From Rhizophagus irregularis (Eukaryota), in the NCBI RefSeq assembly GCF_026210795.1, contig NC_089435.1:806001-870000 (forward strand): a stretch of 64,000 nt of DNA, in the 5' to 3' direction. A program made the translations under genes and the position numbers. Shown here one piece after another: positions 49,939 through 64,000 of the stretch (the first letter of the stretch is position 1; every line of letters begins with the position of its first letter). The notes under the pieces are model-generated. The model saw only the letters and a list, made by a program, of their open reading frames with translations. It did no database searches and was not told the origin of the DNA.

Positions 49939-51671
49939 TTTTAATAATATTATAAAAATTAATAATATTATAGTATAAAATATTAAGATTGGAGCGAAAA
50001 ATTGAATATTTTTATTTAAAGTTGTTATTAATTGATGTTGTGTTAATAAGTTTTTCATAGTAATAAATCTATGTACATATATAATATTATTATTATTATT
50101 AAGAACGATTATTTTTAATAAAAGAAAAAAAATAATATTTTTTTTTCTTTCTCGAAAAAAAAAACTGGGGTCGTATTTATAACCGTTTTTTAAAGTACAA
50201 TATATATATGTTGAGTATAGTTGAGTATATAAAAAAAAGATCTCCGAGTATAATAAAACGTGTAAATTACATATAACTTTTTTTTTATCAGATTTTTTTT
50301 TTTCAGAGTTTCCAATTCAGGTTAGATTTATTGCATGCGCTCATCCACAAATCACTTAATATTGTCAAATAGGGACTTATCACTTATCAGATCCCGATAC
50401 GAATTGTTCCTATAGTTGTTCCTTATAATATTTTTATATTATTTTGAACCAGCCCCATTTCCTATTCAAGTTTATCAGATCCTAAACAACAAAAAAACCT
50501 TGTACACAAGGAAATTAAGATAATTTATTTTTTTTCTTCAACATCTTTATCTGAGAAGACTTTATAAAAAAAAGAATTCCATCTAAAAAATCAAAAAAAT
50601 TCGTCACATGATAATAACAATATTTCCATAAAAATTCAAATAGTTTACTCTTTAGGAGGAGTGATCGGGGAAGGTTTGGTAAAAGTAATTCAATGGTGTC
50701 ACATTAGTTTACCATGTCAGTAGGGGTTTAAACTTGTTAAACGTTACTTTGCAAGAACTAATTAAATGATTTCTTCTATACACAGAATTTGTATCATTTA
50801 AATTTATTTATATAGGGATAGACTGAAACTATATATATACATGATAATTATTAATACGGTTTTTCTTAAACAATAAAAATTTATAATACAATAAATTTAT
50901 AATACAATAAATATACTTGTTTTTAAACATTTATAAACAAGTGTGAACTTAAAATTTGCACTGCCACGAGATCAATTATTGAGATCTGAGCTAAAAATGA
51001 TTGAAATCCAATGAAAATAATGATGCAAAATCATGTTATCTCATTCAAACACGCCAGAATTATTACATTATTATTAAAGAACAAATCAAAAATCATAATG
51101 ATTAGCCCTTCTAGATACGTTCTTTAACCATATTAATCATATAAGTATAAAATGATCTACATATGTAGGACAATTTGTCACGTTTGGTTGCATATTGCAT
51201 GTATCAAAATCTGATAATTAATTTATTTGTTTATTTTTTACTGGCTTATTATAAACCACCCCACACTTAACATACCTGATTTATTCTTTTTTTTAAAAAA
51301 AAAAAATATATTCATTATGAGTCAGTGGGGAGTATGAGAATGAGTAAAATGAGTAAAATATCAATTTGAATAATGTCAATAGTAAATTGGAAATATCATT
51401 GTTCATGTAAAATTTCATGCATTGTTTAAATTGCGAAATTATGAGATTTACTTTCTTACCAGATGGTCGTATCAGGTGATAATTGATGATCAGCGGACTC
51501 CCGTCATCCGCCGAAAAAGACTCATATTATACATAAAAATATTATTGGAAAGAAAATCGTCTAACCCATTTTTATTAATTGTTTAACAGACACTTGTCTA
51601 TCAATTATCTCTAGTCTTATCCTTATCTCGTAAAATCATTAAAAAGATTTAAATCAAAAAAATATAATATT

Positions 51672-52618
51672 TTAGGAATAATGAATTTTATTTTGTAAAA
51701 CTAAATGTTCAACATGAAACAAGTTCAAGATGCCTTTCAAAGAATCATCAAATAATTTCAATTCTGAGCAGTAATTATCTACTTGATCTTGTTGTACTGG
51801 TATAGTCGTCACTTCTACTATCCAATTTTCTTTTGGGTCGAACGGTGTTAATTTCGACACATCATGCCGAACTTCCAACTATTAGATCATGTTATTTATT
51901 AATTTACAATCACGAGTAAAGAACGAAAATAAAGATTTCGTTACCTTGAAGATTTGTGTAATACTTATTTTTAAAATATCACGATATGTAAATATAATTC
52001 CCTTCTTTGTATATTCGAATGCATAACTAAAAGGTACGTTAAATAATTATTATTCAAATCTGAAAAATTTTAAAATTTTTTTTTTTGTTTCTAACCTGTA
52101 TCCAAGCACTGTCATAAATTTAAGTGCATCACCAACTGTAATTTTTGAATATAATACAGGTCTAACTGTAACGGTTCTACCTCTTGTTTCTGGATGTCCA
52201 AGTTGACATAATGTCCTAGATTGAAATTTTAAATATTATATTATATATATTTAAATTAAATATGTAAATATGTTATAAATATACCATTGTCGTTTGGTTA
52301 AATCATTTTCTTCAATTGGTGATTTTATTCTTAATAAAACATCCTCATTTCGTTGAGGTCCTTCCGCAGTTTGCGCTATAAATTAATAATTAATTATTAA
52401 TTATTATATATTTTCTTTATTGATTGTTTTACTTTTAATAAAAATTCATAAAATTCATAGTATAATTGTTTTATTTAACTTGTTGGTATAAACCCAATTT
52501 CATGTTCAAAAAATGGAAAAGGATGAGTCCCACAAATTCCTATTAACCTATCTAATAGTTTCGCTTTTAACTTATTGCTAATATGACCATGTAAGCTACA
52601 CTCAAATACAGTTACCAT
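51672..52618 (-). CDS. MED18: Mediator subunit Med18/Srb5
   Basis: MVTVFECSLHG...LDRLIGICG...FFEHEIGFIP...RTVTVRPV...FMTVLGYRFSYAFEYTKKG...WIVEV...LKGILNL; several GT-AG introns. Confidence 0.85.
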
Positions 52619-52742
52619 ATTTTTTTTTTAAAAGAAAAGAAAAGAAGTGAACAAAGGAACTCTAAACAATTACAGATTGACTGCGGATTCAGTTCAGTTT
52701 TATACTGGTGTTACAAAAAAAAGATTACATTAAAATTGGTAA

Positions 52743-54021
<1,279 letters not shown>

Positions 54022-55202
54022 ATATTTAGTGATAGATAATTAGATGGGTTTTTTTTTATTGCCAAACTATTTAAATAAAATTATATCAAAAGATTTACAT
54101 TAATATTTATAATTTATTAAAAATGAGTGCATATTATAATTATCAAAAGAAGTAACCACGGTACAGCTAGTGTAACGAAATAAAAATTACTTATCCCATT
54201 AAAAGGATCTTATATACTATATTGTAATCTCGATTTGGGAGATTTATCCTGTTATGATCACAATCAATCTTGTACAAACCCCAGCGAAATAATGGCGGTC
54301 AGTTTATTTTAATATCACATAAACTTTATAATAAAGTTGCGGAGGTTTTTTTTATTTTCGGGAAGAGGATCAGAAATCAGAATACATAATTAATATTAGG
54401 TTTGTCCTCCATCTGCATCAAATTTGATTTTGCATGCTATTATTACTAATAACTTCGCTATTAATAAATAATAACTATGATATTTTCAAAATTATTTAAA
54501 TGGTTCGTAAATCCCCCCGTATTACCACTTTCCTTTCCCTGACTTTTCTCAAAATTAAAAAAATGTGAAATGATCATCATTTATGAATTTTTTTTAAGGA
54601 TAACTTTAGTGTGACATTTTGGCTTTTTTGTGTTGCTTATAGAAATGCAAAAAATTTTCTGTTCTAAAGGTAAATCCATTTTGAGTAATAAAAACAAAGA
54701 TAATGTCGGTTACTTTTTTTTATTGCTTTTTAAAAGAGCATTCCACTGTTTCAATTTGGTATAATAAGCAATGATCTATTCGGGATAGTAATGAAGTTAT
54801 GTCCAAATTAAGAAGCGGTGTTCTCACCTCCATTATTTTCGCCGAGGACTACATAAAAATTGTAACGTGAGCGTGGAAAACTAATGTCGTCCAATGTCAC
54901 TTGATATCCGTGATTGCCGGTTTTACTGTACAAACCTAGTAGATTTCGTCATTTTCACATGGAAAAAGCATGATTTTAATTTAATTATATAACAACTAAT
55001 CTACAAATTTGTCCTTCATAGCAAGTTTAACGTAATTATTATTTGTAATTTACCATTGCGGGTCAATAGGAATTTATCTCCACTCACTTTGAAACCCATA
55101 CCAGTACAGATCAATATACGACATAATAAGTCTTAAATAGCTCAAAAGTTGAACTGTACGTACTTTAATAATTTTTTATTAATAAACTGGTTGGAATTCA
55201 CA

Positions 55203-57242
55203 ATGTTGGTGGAGGTAAGATCTAGATAATTTTATTTAAAACGTGTATAACGCGCTATTTTATTATACTAACACGTAAAGTTTTGATTTTTTATAGATTA
55301 TAAATTTCTTTCTTTCCCCACTTTATTTTCTTTTCGAGCCTTACATTACCCGTTTCACAAATGCACTGACTTCTCAAAAAACTCAGCGGACTGCTGTAAA
55401 AACAATTTTTATAAGCGCTGTTGCCTTTATATTAATTTCAGTCGCATTTGTGTCATATTTGGGCTTTTATATGATATATGTTCCAAAAATTGCTCATGCG
55501 AAACCTGTATATTTACAATATCAGTAAGTGATAAAATTTTGTTGATCATGATCAATCTACTAAAAAAATATGGAGCTTTATTAATTATATTAATTATATT
55601 ACGCTTTTTTTTTAAAAAAAAAACTTCAGTAAAGATGATTCTCCTTATGCGATTATTGATTTTACTGAAAATGGCCGATACGACAGCGTGAGTTTTTATG
55701 TCTTTTTTTTAGTAGCACTTATGCCTAAAATTAAACTATTTTTTTTTTATATAGTTTTTAACAGCAGATCAAGCATATGATATTTTAATTGATCTAGATG
55801 TTCCTAGTTCGGATAGAAATGTTGCATTAGGTAAGGCTAATGGTTATTTTTAATCAATCATATTATTCGTGTATTCGTGTTTAAATTCATCATCTTTTCG
55901 TGATGACGGTAATTATAATTATAATTAACCCACGATCCATCATTTCAGGAAATTTTATGGTCGGTTTGGAATTAATGGCCAAGAATGAGACGGTGCAATA
56001 TTCGAGTCGCCCTGTAAGCTTTTTTTTTAATACCTTTTGTATTTTATTATTTTCAAAAAACCTGAGTTCTTAAAAGATTTTTATTTTTTATCTTAGTGCA
56101 TTCTTACATATCAATCGGGTCTATTTCGCGTCATTTATACTTTTTGGCGGTTGATCCCTTTAGTTCTAGGTTTCACAAAAGAAGATCAACAACTCAAAGT
56201 AGTTATGTTTGAGAACATGATTGAGAGTGCCGTAAGTCTTTTATAAACGAATTTTGTATTTATCATCATTTATTTTAGTGTATGTAATCTCAAACTTTTA
56301 ATTATGCAGGAAAAGCCAATAACTAAAGCATTAATTACTATATCAAATAGTAACCTTGATGTATATAATGCTCAAATTCGGTTGGATGCTCACTTCCGTG
56401 GCTTACGGTATGATATAAAAAATATTTTTTTTATAAAATAAAGAAAAAGGTGAAATTAATTAATTCTTAATAATCTTATTATAGGTACTTCATGTATTAT
56501 CATTCAATTCCTACCGCTATTACTTTCATGTCTATGTTCCTTACCTGGGAAATATTATTCTCAATCATTGCATGGAGATCATTTGTTTCATGGTGGCAAA
56601 GGAAAGTTCTTGCAGATTCATTAACAAGTCCAATTACACCAATTATGAAAGTTACCGACAATATTACTGAGAACAATTATCAAGATGACGAATCGGATAG
56701 AACAACTAGTCGACGTAGTGAAAGAGTAGAAAGAATTTCGGATGATAATGGAACAGTAACTGAATCGGAGAGTGAATATGAATCGGTAAATAAATTATTT
56801 GTGATGTTTATATATTCATTAATATTATTGATTAATTTACATTTTCAATTTGTAGTCGCGTCCTGTTTCGGTAATTTCTCCAACAGACACGGCACTAGTC
56901 TCTGAGTCCGGAGAGATGAGTTATAATACAGAATCATATGTCACAGATGATGACGAGTCCAATAGCGTTATTTCACGATCTTTGGATGATGATGATGCTG
57001 CTAGCGAATCTAATGATGGTCAAATTGATGATGATGATCAAACGGAAGGAAGTGCTACACCAACTACTCGAAGTCGAAAGAGTACAATATCCGAAGCCTC
57101 AACAACAAATAAGTCAGAAGCTGAAGGTGCGCCTAGTACTAGTAGTGCTACTTTAACTTCTAGATTACAAAGTGATTATACGAAACCATACGTTAAAAAG
57201 GCCAGCTCGAGCGGTGGTAATAATGGAAGTGATAGGGAATAA
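55203..57242 (+). CDS. SEI1: Seipin (BSCL2/Sei1/Fld1) with acidic Ser/Thr-rich C-terminal tail
   Basis: TM1 then FYMIYVPK..HAKPVYLQY, QAYDILIDLDVPSSDRNVALGNFMV, SSRPCILTYQS, YNAQIRLDAHFRGLRYFMYY, then TM2. Confidence 0.92.
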
Positions 57243-57550
57243 TTATATTGCTAGTTGGTAAAAAGTATAAAGGGAATGACGTATTCTTTTTACCTCTATA
57301 TAAATTTTCTTACCTTTGCATTTTTATGATTTCATTACAATTTTAATTATTTGCTTAATAACATATAAACATATGGATACTAGGATCGCAAAGAAACTTA
57401 TAAAATTGGAATATTAAGAAAATTGTTGTAAAATTGTTATTATATTTTCTTATATTACATTTTTTACATTATTAAATTCTTTACGAACATAACGCATTAT
57501 TTCATAAATAAACACAAATAAAAAAACCAATTAAAACCATTATTAATGAA

Positions 57551-58203
57551 TTAGAAGAATTTACTAAAGAAATTCTCAAATGGCTTAAAATGTGTCATTA
57601 ATGGAATTCTTGGCTTTATAAAAACATTTGATGATGATGATGTTGAAGTAATAGCGGGATTTGTTAAACTACAAAAAAAAATGGACCGTTTAATATTTTT
57701 TCCTTTTTTTTTAATAAATCCAAAATGGTTTTTTTTTACTTACGTAGTAAAACTTTTCAACCATTTACCATTTAATTTTCTAGCAGTTTTAGCATTAGTA
57801 CTAGTACGTTGGCCCCTTACAGGATAACCCATAGCATGACGTTTACCTTTATAATTACCGATTGCTCTATGATGTAAAATATTATTTCTAACTTGACGAC
57901 GTAAATCACTTTCTATAGTCATATTATTTAATTCTAAAGAAATTGCATTTAATTGAGATTCTGTTAAATCAGATATTTTACATGTATCATGAATTGAGAA
58001 TTTACTACATAATTTTTGAGCTGTTTTATGCCCTATTCCATAAAAATAGGTTAAAGCAATCTAAAAGAAAGGAAAGAAAAATAAAAAAATTTATATATAT
58101 TTTTTTTCCTTTTTTGTAAAAAAATTATTTAATTCAATAATTTTATACTTACTCTAACGAGCTTTTTATCGGGTAAACTAACACCAAGTAACAAAACTGG
58201 CAT
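57551..58203 (-). CDS. SWS2: Mitochondrial ribosomal protein uS13m
   Basis: VRIALTYFYGIG...YKGKRHAMGYPVRGQRTSTNAKTARKLN; two introns. Confidence 0.93.
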
Positions 58204-58759
58204 TATTAAATTAATTTTTTTAAAAAAAAGATAAAAGTTTGAAACATTTTTAAATTTTTAAGTTTTTAAATTTTATCAATCAATTTTTGATTGGATATTC
58301 ACATCTTGTATGACAACGAATTAAATTTTGTGCTATAAATATTTAGTTAAAATATTTATAGAAAAAATTTGGGAAATTTTTATATTGTGATATTTAAGGT
58401 ATTCAAAAATACCAAGCAAGCTAAATAATACTAACACTGCAAAATTTTCTTTTTTTTTATTTACTTAACTCAATGAATAATGCTTTTTAAAAATGAATCT
58501 AGTTTATAATAATACTTTTCCTTGATATTATTATTATTTTTTTTTTGTAAAGAAAAAGAACTAAAGGATTTATTACAAAAAAAAATTTTGTTTGTTTCAT
58601 TTAATACATTATACATTTATATAACTAAGAAGTAATTCACAAAAGTATGGCAAATTAAAATGATGTTATCAAATAGCTATCCTGCATTTTATATTATTAT
58701 TACATTGTGGTTTTTTTAATAAATAGTTCAAAGAAGTGCCTATTATAGCACTCATAATA

Positions 58760-59600
58760 TGATAATAGAATGGAATGAAGGAGATACTAAAAACTTTACC
58801 ACCGGAATTTGAAATGAGATACGACAAAGTTTTTAACAGCCAAGATAATAAGAAAATTAGTTCAAAATTGGTTCCTGAACTATTAAGATCATTAAGACCA
58901 AGATATAATCCTTCATATATACAATTAAAGAATGGCTTCGATCATTACATAAACATTGAAGAGACAGCCATTTGTTAATTATGAAAAGAACATAGGATCA
59001 GACCAATAGACGTGTTCATAATAACAATTGTGTCGCTGAGGTATGAAATCCATTAATAAATTTGCATTTATATCACTTTAACATTCTACTAACATTTACT
59101 TTACTAACGTTTTGTAAACATTTAACATTCTGTTCATATAGAAAAGACCCAAAGAAGGTATATTGTAGCAGTATCTTAGCAAATCAATAATGATATTAAA
59201 ACTTTTAGGGAGGAATTTAATAATATGAGATTCAATGACCTAAAAAATGATACGAATATGAATAGGGCACCTCGTCTTAATGATAAAGATGTTGAGACAT
59301 TAAGCAAGGCCCTGTATTATTCTAAGAAGGCATATGAAGAAGCTCTTTTAGCTAAAGAATTGTCACTTTGAACAGAAAACGTGATCAAGGGGATTTGACG
59401 GTATGAACAGGAAATTTGACGACGTCAAAAGCGATATGCAAATTTTTTAATTCTCAAGATAATCGATGACAAACACGATCATTGAAATGAATTTCTCAAC
59501 AACCGTTAAAATACAAATAATTAATGACAAAAAAATCGCCCAACCCTAACGATAAATTAGATAAATTACAGGATGTTATTGACGGTATTTGTAATCAATC
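58760..59600 (+). pseudogene. Fragments of repeated hypothetical genes
   Basis: MKEILKTLPPEFEMRYDKVF...LVPELLRSLRPRYNPS, then broken coiled-coil-like frames. Confidence 0.35.
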
Positions 59601-59986
59601 GAAAAAAATAAAAAAAAAAAGAATTAGATTGTTAGATTTTAGGAAATTGGTGTTATATGGTATGTATACAATTTAAATTAAAGGATAAAATAATTTTATT
59701 TATTATTAATATATTTTATTTATTTTACATGAAAAAGGATGAATTATATTACGAGTTGTCATTTCTTTACCAGTCATACTCCGGTCACTATAAAGAGAAA
59801 AACAAAAAATATTTATTTCATTGTAGATAAAGGTTGTCCAAAGACATACATGTGTATGAAAATTTTAAAGTAATTTTAAAAAGAATTTTCCAAATATAGA
59901 ATTCTGATGAATCAGTAATATTGAAATATGGAGTGAAAATTTAAACGGAGATAGACGATTATTCAACATTGTCATATTACCATGAC

Positions 59987-60283
59987 CAGGGTTGGGAATT
60001 GTACTAGTACAGTACTAGTACAGTATAGTACAGTACTAAGTACTGTACTTGTACTTGAAAATTTAGTACAAATACAATTTTAATACATACTATTAATAAA
60101 TTTTATTGGTTAATTTTATAAATATAAACAATATTGATCACATGATATCTACCTAAAATGGTTAAATTATATCCTAAAAAGTAATAATTGTATTAGTACA
60201 GTGTACTTAGTACTTGTACGAAATTTTTGCTAGTACAGTACGTACTAGAATTTTGCTAGTACAGGTGTACTACCACAACCCTG
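59987..60283. mobile_element. 297-bp hAT-type MITE with GTAC/AGTACT subterminal repeats
   Basis: TIR CAGGGTTG...CAACCCTG, perfect 8-bp TSD ACCATGAC (59979-59986 and 60284-60291). Confidence 0.93.
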
Positions 60284-60913
60284 ACCATGACCAGTGATGT
60301 AACTCTTCTGTCATGAAGTGAATGATTATTATTATTATTTAGCCAACCGACATGATATATTATGGGTAATTTGTTTGTTGATCAAATTTAAATTATCTAA
60401 AATAATTTCTTAAAATATTAATATTAATTTTATTGGCAAAAGATGGAGGAAGAGGTAGTGGCGGTAATGGTAGTCATGGTGGTCATGGTGGTTATAAAGA
60501 TTGAAAATAATCTCTCTACGAGGTTCAAAGTGAATATTATTCTACTAAAAATGTCAGTTATATCACTCATATGTGTAACTAAGAGTCATAAAGTGCAAAA
60601 TCAAGACATTTCAAATAGCAATTGATACTATGTTACAGATAAATTATTAATGTTGTTTAGGCATTCTATTTATCTATTGGAAATTCAGTCATCCTTCCAT
60701 TTGGAGAATATGATATCATGAAGATTAGCTTCGTATTCATTTCATCTCAAGATAATAATGATGGTCCAAAATCGAGGTTGCTGCTAAGACGGAGATGATA
60801 TCATTTTTGTTAATCAAAAATTTTCTTTTCAAGATCATGCTTATGAAGGTTTATTTATTTTAATTCTATTATTTTTATAAAAGATACAGTATCTATTTTC
60901 TAATTTTTTTTTT

Positions 60914-61946
60914 TTAGAAATTTAATATAGCATTTTTCAATTGTAGATTTTTTTCATCATTTAATTCATATAATGAAACAACATTACAATTAAACACCTT
61001 ACCAAAACTTTTACATAAATTTGGTAAAACTTCTTCTACACTGATTTCCTCCATCAAATCATTCTTATTTTTTAAATTATTTAATTCTTTTGAAATAGAA
61101 GTCATTTTCTTGTCTTGTAATCCACATGGCATTATATGTTCAAACCAATTTAAATCTGTATTACAATTTAACGCAAAACCATGTGATGTTATATATCTTT
61201 GTACTTGAATTCCTATTAAAATATTTATAACAAAATTATGAGAATTTTTTTTTTTTTGGTAAAACAAGGTTAAAATCAAAATATTATATTACCTATTGCA
61301 CATAATTTTTCATCATCATTAATCCAAACTCCTGTATTCTTGGTGGTTTTAGCCTTAATTCCATATGTTGAACATGTGTCTATAATCACTTGTTCTATAG
61401 CTTCAACATAACATCTTACCGAAAGCTATCATTAAAAGAAACTATTAATTAACGTTTAATAATATTATTCTTAATGAATTATATATTTTTTTACCTTAAA
61501 ATTTCGTATATTCAAAATTGGATATCCAACCAATTGTCCAGGTCCGTGAAATGTAACTTGACCACCTCTTAGCGTCTATTCAATAAATAAATAATTATAA
61601 ATCAAACATATTTTATTTAAATATTTAATAATCGAAACACCTTTCAAATATGATATTTTACTTCATAATATTCCGCACCAAATTTTTTTAAACGGATTCT
61701 TTCATTTTCACTCTTCTCTTTTTCTCTTCTACCAGTTGTATAAGTAGGAGGATGCTGGACCAACAATAATACGTTGCCTAATTTATTTTCTATTCTATTT
61801 TTTACTAAATAATTTTGAAGATTTAATGCTTTTATGTATGTTATTTGATTCAAATAAATGTATGGAAGGACTAATGAATGCGAATGTATTAATGGAAACG
61901 TGCATGTTGATTTATATACTTTTTGAAGTGAATTAAAAGAATACAT
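60914..61946 (-). CDS. LIP2: Lipoyl(octanoyl) transferase LipB/Lip2
   Basis: [38 protein letters not shown]...KIMCNR/KLCAIG region, [16 protein letters not shown]; three introns. Confidence 0.93.
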
Positions 61947-62306
61947 TTAAATTTTTTTTTCATATATTATTATACAGATAAATTATCAATTATACATTAA
62001 ATTTCATTGGTTAATATTGTTATAGCTCACCGCAGCAAGGTAAATACTAGTTAATAATAATACTATTAATTCATATCTTTTCATATCTTTGTTGATCTTT
62101 TTTCTTATTAATATAACTATCGTGCTTATTCATTGAATCTATCAATGATGTTCTTAATATAAATATTCTCCGAGACTTATATTGCTTTGCAAATAAGTAT
62201 GTAATATTATAAATATGTAAAAAGTTTATAAAAGTTTATAAGTCGAAATTACAACAAAAAAAACCCAAGTTCCTACAATGCGATCTATATAAAAAAATTG
62301 AAAATC

Positions 62307-64000
62307 TCATTTTTTATCTGCTTTATCTACTTTATCTGCTTTATCTGAGTCTGTCGCCCTTGAAGTACCCGGTTTCTCTGGGAGTGAATGATGTCTGTAT
62401 TCTTTTTTTGAACGTTTTTTAGGCTGATCAGAATTGTCTTCCTGTTCATCACCATCTGAACCACGTCTTTTTTCCTTACGCATGCGTTTCGAATTTTCAG
62501 GAATATCTTTCCGTTCGTCAGCTAACCCTCGCCTATTTTTTGAATGTTCTTGATTAGCAATATAAATACGATTACGTTTTTTATTAGGCTCATGGTCACG
62601 CTGTCTTTCTGGACTTCGTGCTCTCTTTGACTTTTTACGTTGTTCTCTTCGATCATACCCTTGACGTTTTTCTGTCGACGTGATTTTTGAAGACGTTTCC
62701 TCTATTTTATTATGTTCTTTCTTCTCTTTTGGTTTATTACGCCGATTGTACTCATGACTTGACTCATATTGTGGTAAGCTGATAATAAAGATCACATTAG
62801 AACACTATAATACTATACGAATATGGTTTGTAACTTACTCTTTAGGTTCTGCAGGTAAAGGATCTGTCCAGAGATAATCATGGTCCAATGCTTGAAATGC
62901 ATTTAGCCGTTGTCTTGGATCAAGTACAAGTAATTTATCCATTAAATCAGCTGCTTGTTCACCATATCTTAAAAATCAACAACTTTAGATTATTAGTCTG
63001 ATCAAATAAATCAAAATTTGTTTTTTTTTAAAAAAAAAAAAGATTATTCTCTCAACCTTTCGTATTCAGCTATTACTTTTCGTGGAGATTCTTTTTCAGG
63101 CTCGACTTGCAGATCTGATATTCCCAAGTCTTTAAAGGTATCAGTTGTTGGTGTCCCGCACAATTTATAGATAATTTCTAACTGATGAATATCAGAATTA
63201 CCTATAATTATATTAAAGCAATAAACGACACTTAGTTATTGTTAATATCTCTGATATGGGCTACACTATATTTTATAATTTTGTTAAAATTGACAATAAC
63301 CCATCAGTATTGGTTGTCTTTTTAACATCTCGCCAAAAACGCAACTAGAAAAAAAATTTCATAAATGAGTATAATGTATAATAATTAAGAACAGTAAAAA
63401 TTTTATTATCTACTTACCCAATTGCCCACATATCAATCGCGGGTGTATATCGTTTTGCACCGAGTAATAGTTCTGGTGATCTATACCACCGCGTTACCAC
63501 GCAACCTGTTAATGATTTATCGTTTATTATCGGACGGGAAAGGCCAAAGTCTGCAATCTTAAGAATGCCGTTATTATCAATTAACAAATTGGCAGCTACA
63601 AGAAAAATTAATTGTACAATTGTGTGAGTGTGAATTAAAATTTAATTAAAATTCGATTTATTATTTTTTTTTTTCTATAGTTTTTATAGAGAAATACCTA
63701 CCTTTCAGATCACGATGTAATATTCGTTGCTAATTAAGAAAATTCAAATTAAATATAATATCTTCAAGATTATTTTACAAATTAAATTAAAACTACACAC
63801 TTGATGCAGATAAAAGGTCCCTTCTAATAATTGCCTTAGATAACATTTGATTTGTGGAGCAGCGAATTGGACATCTTTATTTTCTAGGAGCCCAGCTAGA
63901 TCGTGATCCATATAAGGAAAAACCATATATATTGAAGGTTGATCTTCCTTATCACCTTTAAAAATAAATTTCTTGGTTACGATTTGCGTTTTTTAATAAT
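62307..64000 (-). CDS. BUR1: CDK9/Bur1-like CTD kinase, 5' end outside the window
   Basis: [64 protein letters not shown] and a basic low-complexity tail. Confidence 0.88.

Noticed and set aside
49939..50058. Hydrophobic N-terminal extension of the APD1 ORF
   Set aside because: AT-rich UTR-like sequence; the ATG at 49938 has an aaaATG context and fits better
54780..54960. GC-richer intergenic block upstream of seipin as a possible snRNA
   Set aside because: An Sm-like AATTTTTATG is present on the minus strand, but no recognisable snRNA motifs or strong stems

Overview
AT-rich, intron-dense eukaryotic DNA whose gene families (expanded TKL-type kinases, F-box/LRR genes, Crinkler-like SAM+REase genes, RNase H-bearing retroelements) point to an arbuscular mycorrhizal fungus (Glomeromycotina, Rhizophagus-like; inferred). 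The window has two compartments. About 1-41.5 kb is accessory and TE-rich: CACTA and MULE transposase relics, two F-box pseudogenes, a recent tandem kinase duplication carrying a hAT MITE, a nested retroelement insertion, kinase and Crinkler-like pseudogenes, and one intact aldo-keto reductase. About 41.8-64 kb is a compact core block: an orphan ORF, an intronless MerT-like/HMA metal transporter head-to-head with a mitochondrial NADH kinase (POS5-like), NOP53, APD1-like, MED18, SIW14-like, seipin, mitochondrial uS13, LIP2 and the 3' part of a BUR1/CDK9 kinase. The most notable signals are three unusual introns in the NADH kinase (a U12-type intron, a GC-AG intron holding a strand-specific ~180-nt RNA structure, and an intron with a zinc-ribbon relic) and the adjacent bacterial-style MerT-HMA fusion gene. 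All calls come from reading the sequence by eye; no searches were run.
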